DNA of 64,000 nucleotides from a virus (Duplodnaviria > Caudoviricetes). The stretch lies in IMG/VR virus record IMGVR_UViG_3300021185_002017; one strand, written 5' to 3'. This document shows, in pieces, positions 1 through 9,472 of this stretch. The notes beneath the pieces are model-generated. The model made no database searches, was not told where the DNA came from, and saw nothing but the letters and a program-made list of their open reading frames with translations. Numbering within the stretch: position 1 is the first letter of the stretch; each line of letters opens with the position of its first letter. A program made the translations under genes and the position numbers.

Positions 1-1887
1 AGTAATACCATTTCCGCCTACAACATTCAATGTAACTGCACCACTAGTGCCGCCACCTGTTAAACCATTACCTGCTGTTACTGCTTCAATGTCACCTGCA
101 TCGTTAGTGAAACTAATTACACCAGTTGTACTGTTGTATGAAATGTCACCACTTGCACTAATTAAAGCTCTAACTTCGCCATCTGTTCTTTCAGTAAAAC
201 TCATTACACCAGTTGAACTGTTGTATGCTAAGTCACCACTTCCACTAATTGCTGCTCTTGCATCACCGTCTGCGTATTGAGTAATAGTTGTTGCAATAGC
301 ACCGTCTGTTACAGTAATACCTGTACTAGCACTAAAGTGAGCTCTTACTTCTGAAGCACTTGGACCTGTGTAAGTAATAACACCTGTTCCTGAGTTGTAT
401 GCTAAACTTCCGTCTCCACCAGCATCTGTTACACTGATATGAGCTCTTGCTTCACTTGCACTTGGACCTGTGTAAGTAATTACACCAGTTGTGCCGTTAT
501 ATGCTAAACTTCCGTCTCCGCCTGCGTCTGATACTGAAACAGCACCTCTTGCTCTTGCATTTGTGAAGTATAAGTTACTTGAACCTTCAACTAAGTCGTC
601 AGTTTCAGTAGCAATCTTAAAGTTTGTAGAACCATCATTTGTAAACTGCCATTGGCCTTCACTTTCGTCCCATATAAGACTTACATCTGCACTTGAACCT
701 CTGTTTACAGTTAAACCTGCATCTTCACTTGGAGCACCACTTGCGTCTCTGTTTAATTCAATAACGCTATCTGCTAATGCAGTAATTTGTGAATTAACAA
801 TAGTTTGTGTACCACTAATTGTAACGTTACCGTTAAACACTGCATCGTCACTGTATGTCTTAGCACCTGCTACTGTTTGAGCACCACTTGTTCTTACTAC
901 TGTTGTATCAACATCTACTGTTCCTGCACTGTAATCAATACCATCGCCGCCTACTAAGTGAGCGTCAATTCTTGCTTCAGTTTCTGCTGCACTAACACCT
1001 GTAAATGTAAGTACACCTGTGCTGTTGTTATATGCTAATGAACCATCACCACCTGCGTCAGTTACACTAAGGTGAGCTCTTACTTCAGTAGCACTTGGCC
1101 CTGTAAATGTAAGTACACCAGTTGAACTGTTATATGCTAATGAACCATCACCACCTGAGTCTGTTACGCTGACAGCTGCTCTAGCTCTTGCATCTGTATA
1201 ATACTGATTTGAACTACCTTCTGCTACTGCGTCACTATCAACTGCATCAACGTATGCTTTAGTAGCTGCGTCTTGTGCTTCAACTGGATCATCAACATTA
1301 TTAATGTTGCTACTGTTCATGTTAATGTTTGAACCAAACTTAACACCGCCTGTTGAACTGATTGTTTTAGCTGCTGTAAGTACAACATCTGACTTGAGCT
1401 GGATTGAACCACCTGATGTCATTTCCAAGTCACCGGAGCCAGTAGTTAAAATACTAATGTTCTGGTTATTGTCTGCACTAAATTGAATTGTTCCTGAATT
1501 ATCTTCAAGTACTTTTTGTCCGTTAACGTAAAGTGATCCTGGACCAACATATACATCTTTCCATACTTTGGAAGCACTACCTAATGAGTATGTATTGCTG
1601 ACACTAGGTATCAAATTACCTTCTAAGTCTTCGTAGTCTATTGCAAGTGTTGCTGCACCATCTGCTGCTCCACCTGTTAAACCTGAGCCTGCTACAACCG
1701 ATGTAATATCACCTGTTGCCGCAGCTACTACCTCATCGTACTTTGCTAATCGTGTGCCACCAGCAGTAGACCCGTCGTGGACACGAATTGTATCCAAATC
1801 GGTATCGACCGTGATTTCACCTACTAAGCCTGTAAATGAGCTGTGTTGTGCGGTCGTACCGCGTCTAAACTGAATAGCTGTTGCCAT
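1..1887 (-). CDS. Tail fibre protein with Mtd_N-type N-terminal domain (3' end runs off the window)
   Basis: Manual translation from ATG at 1887: MATAIQFRRGTTAQHSSFTGLVGEITVDTDLDTIRVHDGSTAGGTRLAK, the typical major-tropism-determinant N-terminal motif. It is followed by Gly/Ser/Thr-rich GGDGSLxYNSSTGVxTYTGPSASEVRAH repeats. AGGGG RBS upstream. Absent from the ORF track, presumably because its stop is outside the window. Confidence 0.85.
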   Translation of the reverse strand, partial: MATAIQFRRGTTAQHSSFTGLVGEITVDTDLDTIRVHDGSTAGGTRLAKYDEVVAAATGDITSVVAGSGLTGGAADGAATLAIDYEDLEGNLIPSVSNTYSLGSASKVWKDVYVGPGSLYVNGQKVLEDNSGTIQFSADNNQNISILTTGSGDLEMTSGGSIQLKSDVVLTAAKTISSTGGVKFGSNINMNSSNINNVDDPVEAQDAATKAYVDAVDSDAVAEGSSNQYYTDARARAAVSVTDSGGDGSLAYNSSTGVLTFTGPSATEVRAHLSVTDAGGDGSLAYNNSTGVLTFTGVSAAETEARIDAHLVGGDGIDYSAGTVDVDTTVVRTSGAQTVAGAKTYSDDAVFNGNVTISGTQTIVNSQITALADSVIELNRDASGAPSEDAGLTVNRGSSADVSLIWDESEGQWQFTNDGSTNFKIATETDDLVEGSSNLYFTNARARGAVSVSDAGGDGSLAYNGTTGVITYTGPSASEARAHISVTDAGGDGSLAYNSGTGVITYTGPSASEVRAHFSASTGITVTDGAIATTITQYADGDARAAISGSGDLAYNSSTGVMSFTERTDGEVRALISASGDISYNSTTGVISFTNDAGDIEAVTAGNGLTGGGTSGAVTLNVVGGNGIT

Positions 1888-1934
1888 TTTATATTCCCCT
1901 AAATCTTTGTTAGAAAATGATTTTTATTTAACAC

Positions 1935-1942
1935 TATTTATC
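1935..1942 (-). promoter_or_regulatory. gp55-type late promoter (GATAAATA)
   Basis: GATAAATA about 48 bp upstream of the ATG at 1887; resembles T4 late TATAAATA and recurs upstream of many structural genes here. Confidence 0.65.
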
Positions 1943-1946
1943 ATTA

Positions 1947-3341
1947 TTACTTAATTAGCCACCTTTCTAAGTCATCTGAGATATCAGCCAACTTGATCCA
2001 TGACTCGCCTGTTACTTGTCCCTTACACACAATTGCACATCCGTGTGTTATCACTGGTGCCCACTCGTTGCGTACTGTCCTACTTTTATATTCCTGTTGT
2101 CTTTCGAATTCTGGCGTTTCGTGTCCTGTGTACATATCTTCGCCGTTTGTGTGAGTTTCATACACTACTGTATTTTCTGGTTGCAGAAAATTTCTAGGTA
2201 GTGTAGAGTTGAAATGACTCTCAATAGTATGGTCTCTGTTTTCCCATTCCATTATGTGTACTCCAAGCTCTTTTTTATTCCCACGCTCATCAGCGTAATA
2301 TTTGTCTTGCCAGTAATTCCAGCCTGCTCCGCCGATCACTGCTGGGTTTTTAGAAACCACCCCAACAATGTCGTCACCTTCACCTGCAGTTACTAATTTG
2401 CCTTTAGGGCTAAGTGCAACTACAAATCCGGTTCTATCTTCTCTGCGAGGATTACCGTCTCCCCACTCAAACATTTCTGCATAACCTGAATTGTTACTGT
2501 GTACTGCACCGTCGCTAAATACTGCTCCTGTGCCGTCTACTGTAAATACTTTTTGTGCATAAGGATCGCCGTTTTCCATACTTTGATTCTTTGCTTCAAT
2601 AAAATTGTATGATTTATTATTGGTTGCCTGCGTTTCGATATCTATCATGTTACCATGAAAGAATCTACTAGGTGCATAACCGTGGAATACATTTCTGTTA
2701 TTATTAGGCTGATACACATTCAATCTACTTTGTGTATCGTCGTGCATAAGTCCTAATGACAAATCGCCTGCTCCAGTTAAATTTATTCCCTGTCTATTTT
2801 TTCTACTAACGCCTCTAAATAAAAATGCATTGCTATCATCAGCATCACTTTCAATTAGCAAACCTCTTACAGTTCCTTTACCGTCAACTGGCAAAGATGC
2901 TTCACTGTTATAATTAGATCTAATATGAACACTACCTGGCCCAATTGCTTTTGGTGACTGTGTTCCTATTCCAAGTGCTCCGCCTTTGTTAAAGCTCTGC
3001 ATTACAAGTTCACCTTTAGTAACATTAAGGCCATCTTTAGTGCCACTGAATCTAAATGTTTCAGGCCCTGCAAGTACTAATTCCGTTTTGCTTAGTGTTG
3101 CTTCCACTTTGTCCTTTGTTTTTTCAATGTGATCAAGTCTTTTGTTTTCTGCAATTACTTGTTCTCTAATTTCTTTATATAACTCTTTCTTTAATTCTGC
3201 TTTAAATTCTGCTAACGCATCTGCTGTAGTAGGTTCCTTCTTTTTTCTTGCGGTTCCTATTGGCTGCGTTTCTTGTTTTTTCTCTACCTTTTCTACCTTT
3301 TTCTTTACTACTGGTTGTGTGTCTTTTTTAACTCTTGGCAT
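1947..3341 (-). CDS. Tail appendage/fibre-related protein with C-terminal Peptidase_G2-type intramolecular chaperone
   Basis: C-terminal GYAEMFEW...RTGFVVAL...VGVVSKNPAVIG...W..KYY.DE.G...RNEWAPV pattern; Lys/Glu-rich coiled-coil N-terminus. Confidence 0.7.
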   Translation of the reverse strand: MPRVKKDTQPVVKKKVEKVEKKQETQPIGTARKKKEPTTADALAEFKAELKKELYKEIREQVIAENKRLDHIEKTKDKVEATLSKTELVLAGPETFRFSGTKDGLNVTKGELVMQSFNKGGALGIGTQSPKAIGPGSVHIRSNYNSEASLPVDGKGTVRGLLIESDADDSNAFLFRGVSRKNRQGINLTGAGDLSLGLMHDDTQSRLNVYQPNNNRNVFHGYAPSRFFHGNMIDIETQATNNKSYNFIEAKNQSMENGDPYAQKVFTVDGTGAVFSDGAVHSNNSGYAEMFEWGDGNPRREDRTGFVVALSPKGKLVTAGEGDDIVGVVSKNPAVIGGAGWNYWQDKYYADERGNKKELGVHIMEWENRDHTIESHFNSTLPRNFLQPENTVVYETHTNGEDMYTGHETPEFERQQEYKSRTVRNEWAPVITHGCAIVCKGQVTGESWIKLADISDDLERWLIK

Positions 3342-3365
3342 GTGTGTGTCCTATTGCTATTATGT

Positions 3366-4340
3366 TTAACTTACTATTGCTCTGTCTGTGATTCTTCTCC
3401 AGTTACTGCCATCGCTAAATGCCATAACTGCTCCACCAGTCTCATCGCTTACATAAATCATTTGACCTGCTACCGATGCGTCTGGTAAATTTGCTACTAC
3501 ATAAGAATCACTTGTTGGACCAAATGTATCCTTGATGTACTCAAAGTCGCCAACTGTTGCTGACTCCTCTACTGTACCAAAACTGATTATCATATTTGCT
3601 GTATCTGCTACAGAGCCGTAATCTGAAATAGGTTCAAATAATACGCCTTGTACGACACCAGTTTTTAATGTACTTGAACTTTTATCGTATGTTAATGCAT
3701 CGTTGCCTCCGAAAGAACCACTGTCGTTAAACTGTATATCAGTGTTTCCACCTTCTGGGTTTGCACTAACTGTTGTGAACGAAAGTGCTCCACTTCCATC
3801 TGTAACAACTACTTGACCTGCTGAGCCATCTGCTGTTGGAAGTGAGTATGCATTATTGATTGTGGTTGCACTACCTTGTACCTTAAAGACTTCGTTAGTG
3901 TTGTCTGCGTCATATACTTTAAATATAGGATCACTACTACTGCTGTTATCTCTTATGCGTACTTGAGTTGCTGTACCGTTTGAATGTCTTAAATCTAGTG
4001 CTGAACCAGAGAACTGAAGGCTTGGATTTGTTCCTAATCTTAAATTACCGTTAACAAATAATCTTTCATTAGATGCTGTTGAACCTATGCTAACTGTATC
4101 GTTTGTGCTGTCAACAAATAAAGTACCGTCATCAACATTTAATTCAGTTAAAGTTTCACCTATATTCTTCCAACTTGTTTCGTAGATATCTAACGTTGCG
4201 TTAGCAGAGTCAAAGAATAAGTCACCGTTTGATATATCAGCAGACGGTCTTGTACCTGTTGATATTTTGCTACCACTGTCTTTCTTTCCGATCTTGAATT
4301 CAGATGTAGTGGTACCTTTGAAATTTCCAAAAATTGCCAT
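3366..4340 (-). CDS. Short fibre / virion structural protein
   Basis: Beta-rich S/T/G composition, LPTADGSAGQVVVTDGSGALSF fibre motif, C-terminal LPDAS.AGQMIYVSDETGGAVMAFSDGSNWRR motif. Confidence 0.65.
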   Translation of the reverse strand: MAIFGNFKGTTTSEFKIGKKDSGSKISTGTRPSADISNGDLFFDSANATLDIYETSWKNIGETLTELNVDDGTLFVDSTNDTVSIGSTASNERLFVNGNLRLGTNPSLQFSGSALDLRHSNGTATQVRIRDNSSSSDPIFKVYDADNTNEVFKVQGSATTINNAYSLPTADGSAGQVVVTDGSGALSFTTVSANPEGGNTDIQFNDSGSFGGNDALTYDKSSSTLKTGVVQGVLFEPISDYGSVADTANMIISFGTVEESATVGDFEYIKDTFGPTSDSYVVANLPDASVAGQMIYVSDETGGAVMAFSDGSNWRRITDRAIVS

Positions 4341-4413
4341 TTATTTCCCCGGTTAGTTCAGAGTGTGTAAATACACACTGTCAGTGCAATTGCACTGTCT
4401 AGTCCGTTGTATG

Positions 4414-4421
4414 TATTTATC
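4414..4421 (-). promoter_or_regulatory. gp55-type late promoter (GATAAATA)
   Basis: GATAAATA in the intergenic region upstream of the 3366..4340 gene. Confidence 0.65.
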
Positions 4422-4443
4422 TTTTTGGAAAGTATCTTAGGGT

Positions 4444-7400
4444 TTATACTAATATTTCGATAACACCAGGTTGTGCATCAGTTTTTGTTTCTAATGCTCT
4501 ACCGATTATCTGTAAAGGACTTAGTGTTTGAGGATTAGCTGCAACCATTGCATGTCCTGGTAAGTTACTTGTAATTAACACATCACCTTTGTTTACATTA
4601 CCTGTAACTTTACAAGGTATTCTTCCACGCAATGCTACTGCAACTACATGTTCGCCTTCGCAATGTGAATTCATTAAATGTGCTGGGTTTGTACTTACAA
4701 CGCCAACTGCTTTGTAACTACCTGGGTCTTCTGTAGTACTTACTTCGTGTTCACCGCCAATTATTAATACAGTACCTGGATCATAATTTGCATCTGCTAC
4801 ATAATTCTCAGCCAAGTCAGCGTATCTTGCTGAAGTTGCTGTTGCTGTAATAACACCTGCACTAAAGTTACCCGAGCTATCTCTAGCAACTACTTTACTT
4901 CCTGTATTGGCCGATGTAGCATCAACTGAAACAGTATCTGCCGCTACAGTTATATATGAACCTGCGCCTACATTTAATGTTGCGCCTCCACTAGTAGCAC
5001 CACCTGTTAGACCTGAGCCTGCTGTTACGGCTGTAATATCACCAACTGTTGTTGAATAACCATAACTTAAAATTTTATCTTCAATGGCCGCTGAGGTCAT
5101 TAATGATGTATCGTTGTTTGCAAAACTTTCTGAGCTTAGTTGTAATGTACTTCCTGCAAAATGAGAAGTTGTTAATCCGCTAACTGCTAGTGAAACTGTA
5201 CCTGATGTACCGCCTCCACTTAAACCAGTGCCTGCTGTAACACCTGTTACATAACCAGTATCTGTTAAACTAATAGCACCTGTGCTATTGTCGTATGTAA
5301 TACCAGTTCCACCACTTAAAGCACTTCTGGCTCTTGCGTTTGTAAAGTATAAGTTACTTGAACCTTCTGATAAATCATCTGTATCAGCTGCCGCTATCCT
5401 GGCATCTGCTCTAGCATTTGTATAATAAAGGTTACTTGAACCTTCTGATAAATCATCTGTGTCGGCTGCTGTTATTCTAGCGTCTACTCTTGCATCTGTA
5501 TAATAAAGGTTACTGCCTTCTGAAATATGTGCTGTGGTACTTGGTATGCTAAACACACCTGTGCTTTCAGTATAACCTGCTGTACCGAGTGTTGCACTTA
5601 CTGCCTCTCTTGCTCTTTGATCTGTATAATACTGATTTGAACTACCTTCTGATAAATCGTCTGTATCTTTAGAACTTAAATCTAGTGAACCGCCTATAAC
5701 ACCGAGAACAGATGAATCAACGTATGCTTTAATACTTTGTTGTGTTGCTAAGTGTGTTGCACTAGCAGACACCATGTTGTCTTCGTCTTTAATAGCACTA
5801 CCACTTACTCCAGTGTCTAGAACAGCACTTGTAAGTGTTTTATTTGTAAATGTTTGCGTACCTGTTAATGTAGCAACTGTTGAATCAATAGAGATATCAT
5901 TTGCACTAGCAGTAATACCTGTGCCTCCAACAACATTTAATGTAACTGCACCTGCTGTGCCACCACCTGTTAAGCCGTCACCTGCACCAACTGCTGTAAT
6001 GTCAGCTGCATTTGTGTTAGCAATTGAAATTGTTGTACCTGAGTTACTAATTGCAATACCTGCACCTGCAGCAAATGTTACCAAGTCACCACTTTCGACA
6101 ACTACATTTCCTGTTGTAGGTGTTACAAATTTCCAAGCATTATAATTATCTGCTGTAGATGTAAATGCACCAGTACTGCTGTTATAACTTAGTTCAGTAC
6201 CACTTGCACTAAACTCTGATCTAATTTGACTTTGCGATACGCCTGAGTAACTAAACTGCCCTGTTGAACTATTGTAACTAAATGTTCCGTCACCTGCATT
6301 ATCTATAGCACTAAATGCTCCACGGATTGCACTAATGTCACCATCTATTGTGATTACATTTCCTGATTCCGTTGCATTAGTATATGTGCCACCGTCTATA
6401 CTTCTAATACCTGCGTATGTTGTTGCACCGTCAACTCTGTCACCTGCGTAAATGTTTGTACCTGTATTACCTACATCTTCTAATGCTCCAACATCAACTG
6501 CTGGAGTAATTTCTCTTGCTTGTCCGTCTACATAAATGTATGCTTTAGCAAGAGTACTATCATGATATATTGCACCCGATACTGTTGATGAACTGCTTGG
6601 TGTTACTAATTCTCCAGTAAATGATGTTCTATCGGAAATGTTTTGATCGCCCGATGTTCTTACAACTGTGTTATCGACTTCTATGTCATTTGCATTAGCA
6701 GTAATACCGTCACCGCCAACAACATTAAATGTTCTACTAGCGGTAATATCTCCGCCGCCGGTTAAACCAGCACCTGCTGTTAGTGTTACACCTGAGTGAG
6801 CAACATGTTCATCTGCTACAAATCCACTTAAATTGTCGTGTACTATATCTGAATCTGTTGTAGTAATCACTCCAGCATTAATTCCGATACCTGTTCCGCC
6901 ACTAAAGTGAGCTCTAACATTATCTGCTGAATTATCTATCCTTGCTTGTACTTCTGACAGGCTTGGTCCGTTGTATGTAAATACTCCATTGCTATAAGCA
7001 AATGATCCATCGCCACCGATGTCTGATGCACTAAACAAGTTTTTAATGTAAGTATCATCAGTTGAGAATGTTCTATCAGCAGTTAAGTTGCCGCCTCCGT
7101 TGAGACCTGTTCCTGCTGTTAATGTTCTGCCTTGTAGTGTTGATATGTTGGCAGTATTGTTTGTTACTACTGCACCAACATTGTCTGCATTACCTAATGC
7201 TGTTGCTAATTCGTTTAATGTATCAAGTGAGCCATCTGCTCCGTCTACTAAACTTGTAATTGCTGCTTCTACATATTCTGTAGTAGCCGCTATGTTGTTG
7301 CCACCTGTACCAGCAACATAACTTCCGCCACTGTTAGTAGGCTTAATACTTGTTTGACTAGGAAGTGTTACAGCACTACTAAATGTTTTTGCACCTGCAA

Positions 7401-8616
7401 TAGTTTGTGTGCCACTTGTTCTAACAACTGTGTTATCAACTTGTATATCATTTGCATTTGCAGTAATACCATCGCCACCGATAACATTAAATGTTCTACT
7501 AGTAGTAATGTCACCACCACCTGTTAAACCTGATCCTGCTGTTAGTGTAACTCCACTGTGAGCAATATGTTCGTCTGCAACAAAGCCGTCTAAACTATCG
7601 TGCTGTATTTGACTTTCGACTGCTTCGTAAACACCAGTACTGCTGTTGTAAGTAACACCGTTACCTGCACTAAAGTGAGCTCTTACTTCACTTGCACTTG
7701 GACCGGTGTATGTAAATGTACCAAGTCCGCTGTTATAAACTAATGAACCATCACCACCTGCATCTACTACACTAAAGTGGGCTCTTACTTCTACTGCACT
7801 TGGTCCTGTGTAAGTAAATACGCCATTGCTATATGATAGGCTTCCGTCGCCTCCTGTATCAGTTACACTTAAATAATTTTCTATATCCGATTCTACTGCA
7901 CTTTGGAAATCATTAACTTGTGAGTGCGGTATTGATATGTTTTGATTTGCTGCTGTTGTTATTTGTCCTTGAGCATTTACAGTAAATGTAGGTATTGCTG
8001 TAGCACTACCATAACTGTTTGCACTAACACCACTGTTAGTAATGCTTATTGCACCACTGCTTAAAGTAATTCCTGTGCTACCACTGAAATGAGCTCTAAC
8101 ATTATCTGCTGAATTATCTATTCTTGCTTGTACTTCTGCTAAACTAGGACCGGTGTATGTAATTACACCATTTGCATAACTTAAACTTCCGTCACCGCCT
8201 GTATCAGTTACACTAATTGCCGCTCTTGCTCTAGCATCAGTGTAGTATAAATTTGAACCTTCTGATAAATTTGTTGTACTATGATTACTAATACTACTAA
8301 CGGTACCTGTAACATCACCAGTTACATCACCCACGATGTCTGTTGTTAAGGAAGGACTTGCTCCAGTGAAAAGAATATCTTTGTCGATTGAGATTTTACC
8401 ACTGCTGTGATCGTACTGTATAGATGCTTCCGTTGTGTTACTTTTTAAAATAAGTTTTGATGCTACATCGTCGCCGTCAGCATTTACAACAAGTTCGTCT
8501 GATTCTAACCTGTTAACTAATTGTGTTGATTCTACTTGGGTAACATTACCTGTAACGGTAAGTTTACCTAGAACCAGTAACTCTTCATCTGCTGCTATAA
8601 CTGTGCGTTTTGACAT
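4444..8616 (-). CDS. Long tail fibre (1390 aa) with internal repeats and C-terminal G2-type chaperone domain
   Basis: Start moved from 8661 to MSKRTV at 8616 (AGGGA RBS; the late promoter at 8652-8659 overlaps the track's start). Repeats DTDDLSEGSSNLYYT and GGDGSLSY...GPS; C-terminal RYADLAENY...GTVLIIGG...VGVVSTNPAHLMN...VALRGRIPCKV...IIGRALE. Confidence 0.85.
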   Translation of the reverse strand: MSKRTVIAADEELLVLGKLTVTGNVTQVESTQLVNRLESDELVVNADGDDVASKLILKSNTTEASIQYDHSSGKISIDKDILFTGASPSLTTDIVGDVTGDVTGTVSSISNHSTTNLSEGSNLYYTDARARAAISVTDTGGDGSLSYANGVITYTGPSLAEVQARIDNSADNVRAHFSGSTGITLSSGAISITNSGVSANSYGSATAIPTFTVNAQGQITTAANQNISIPHSQVNDFQSAVESDIENYLSVTDTGGDGSLSYSNGVFTYTGPSAVEVRAHFSVVDAGGDGSLVYNSGLGTFTYTGPSASEVRAHFSAGNGVTYNSSTGVYEAVESQIQHDSLDGFVADEHIAHSGVTLTAGSGLTGGGDITTSRTFNVIGGDGITANANDIQVDNTVVRTSGTQTIAGAKTFSSAVTLPSQTSIKPTNSGGSYVAGTGGNNIAATTEYVEAAITSLVDGADGSLDTLNELATALGNADNVGAVVTNNTANISTLQGRTLTAGTGLNGGGNLTADRTFSTDDTYIKNLFSASDIGGDGSFAYSNGVFTYNGPSLSEVQARIDNSADNVRAHFSGGTGIGINAGVITTTDSDIVHDNLSGFVADEHVAHSGVTLTAGAGLTGGGDITASRTFNVVGGDGITANANDIEVDNTVVRTSGDQNISDRTSFTGELVTPSSSSTVSGAIYHDSTLAKAYIYVDGQAREITPAVDVGALEDVGNTGTNIYAGDRVDGATTYAGIRSIDGGTYTNATESGNVITIDGDISAIRGAFSAIDNAGDGTFSYNSSTGQFSYSGVSQSQIRSEFSASGTELSYNSSTGAFTSTADNYNAWKFVTPTTGNVVVESGDLVTFAAGAGIAISNSGTTISIANTNAADITAVGAGDGLTGGGTAGAVTLNVVGGTGITASANDISIDSTVATLTGTQTFTNKTLTSAVLDTGVSGSAIKDEDNMVSASATHLATQQSIKAYVDSSVLGVIGGSLDLSSKDTDDLSEGSSNQYYTDQRAREAVSATLGTAGYTESTGVFSIPSTTAHISEGSNLYYTDARVDARITAADTDDLSEGSSNLYYTNARADARIAAADTDDLSEGSSNLYFTNARARSALSGGTGITYDNSTGAISLTDTGYVTGVTAGTGLSGGGTSGTVSLAVSGLTTSHFAGSTLQLSSESFANNDTSLMTSAAIEDKILSYGYSTTVGDITAVTAGSGLTGGATSGGATLNVGAGSYITVAADTVSVDATSANTGSKVVARDSSGNFSAGVITATATSARYADLAENYVADANYDPGTVLIIGGEHEVSTTEDPGSYKAVGVVSTNPAHLMNSHCEGEHVVAVALRGRIPCKVTGNVNKGDVLITSNLPGHAMVAANPQTLSPLQIIGRALETKTDAQPGVIEILV

Positions 8617-8651
8617 TTTTAAATAATCCCTACTGTAAACAATATAATAAC

Positions 8652-8659
8652 TATTTATC
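8652..8659 (-). promoter_or_regulatory. gp55-type late promoter (GATAAATA)
   Basis: GATAAATA 35 bp upstream of the long-fibre start. Confidence 0.65.
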
Positions 8660-8695
8660 AAGAAAGATAAAATATGTTATTATGAACGCATAGCC

Positions 8696-8730
8696 AAAAA
8701 AATACCCCTCTGCTTTCGCTTTGGGGTATA
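8696..8730 (-). terminator. Rho-independent terminator after the porin gene
   Basis: Minus strand ATACCCC-aaaGC-GAAA-GCaga-GGGGTAT followed by a T run. Confidence 0.8.
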
Positions 8731-8748
8731 TTTCAAAGTATTTCTACT

Positions 8749-9396
8749 TTATAGTGTTTTCCACACTGAGAAGATAAAAGAATCCTCATCAGAGAGTAAA
8801 CTGCCATCATCAGCAGTAAAGTCAACATAAGAAACTTTACCTGTTAATCCACCAACTGGTAGATCAAAAGTTTTACTTATTTCTATGTTGTCTCCAACAC
8901 CATCACTCATGCCGTAAGCGATGTCTACAACTTCTAAACCAGAATATCCTATTCTAGTATAGTCATTATAGTTATCGTTGCCCATTACATGTGCAAAACT
9001 AAAGTCTTTCACATCAAGGCTTACAAACGTTTCAGATCCATTTAGACTTGAATCGCCTGCGTATGTATAATCAGCAAAGCCTACTTTAACAGACACAGAG
9101 TCACTAAGGTCTCTTCCGTATGCTAAGTATGAGTAAACTTCAGCATCAGCATCACTGCCTGCAAAGTCTACTTGGCCAACCCAAACACCTGCTTCAACTC
9201 CGTTTTCAAGATCTAAACCAATAGATCCAAAAGCAGAACTTCCGCCGTCAGTTTGAGAGATTCCACGAAACACATAGTCACTTCCGTAACCAACAGTTCC
9301 GTCCCATTTTGCCGCATTGGCATTGAACGCAATCATTGACAATAGTATAATTACTAATGCTTTGAATCCGTTCTCTATATTGAATAAAGTTTTCAT
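8749..9396 (-). CDS. TorF/TIGR02001 (Gcw_chp)-family putative outer-membrane beta-barrel porin
   Basis: Signal peptide ending ANA-A; hallmark SDYVFRGISQT motif; GVWVGQVDF; alternating beta-strand pattern; AGGAGG RBS. Confidence 0.85.
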   Translation of the reverse strand: MKTLFNIENGFKALVIILLSMIAFNANAAKWDGTVGYGSDYVFRGISQTDGGSSAFGSIGLDLENGVEAGVWVGQVDFAGSDADAEVYSYLAYGRDLSDSVSVKVGFADYTYAGDSSLNGSETFVSLDVKDFSFAHVMGNDNYNDYTRIGYSGLEVVDIAYGMSDGVGDNIEISKTFDLPVGGLTGKVSYVDFTADDGSLLSDEDSFIFSVWKTL

Positions 9397-9472
9397 TTAT
9401 TCCTCCTTTTTTCTACCGGGGCTTCTAAGTAGAGACAGAATTGTCCTACCTTTTGTCCACGGCATAGTTACT

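Noticed and set aside
1-8616. CRISPR array or DGR suggested by repeats in the fibre region
   Set aside because: Repeats are in-frame protein repeats with codon-level variation; no constant repeat/spacer pattern, no RT, no adenine-specific TR/VR pair seen.
8617-8661. Track start of the long fibre (MINSYY...)
   Set aside because: Overlaps the GATAAATA promoter; the RBS supports ATG at 8616.
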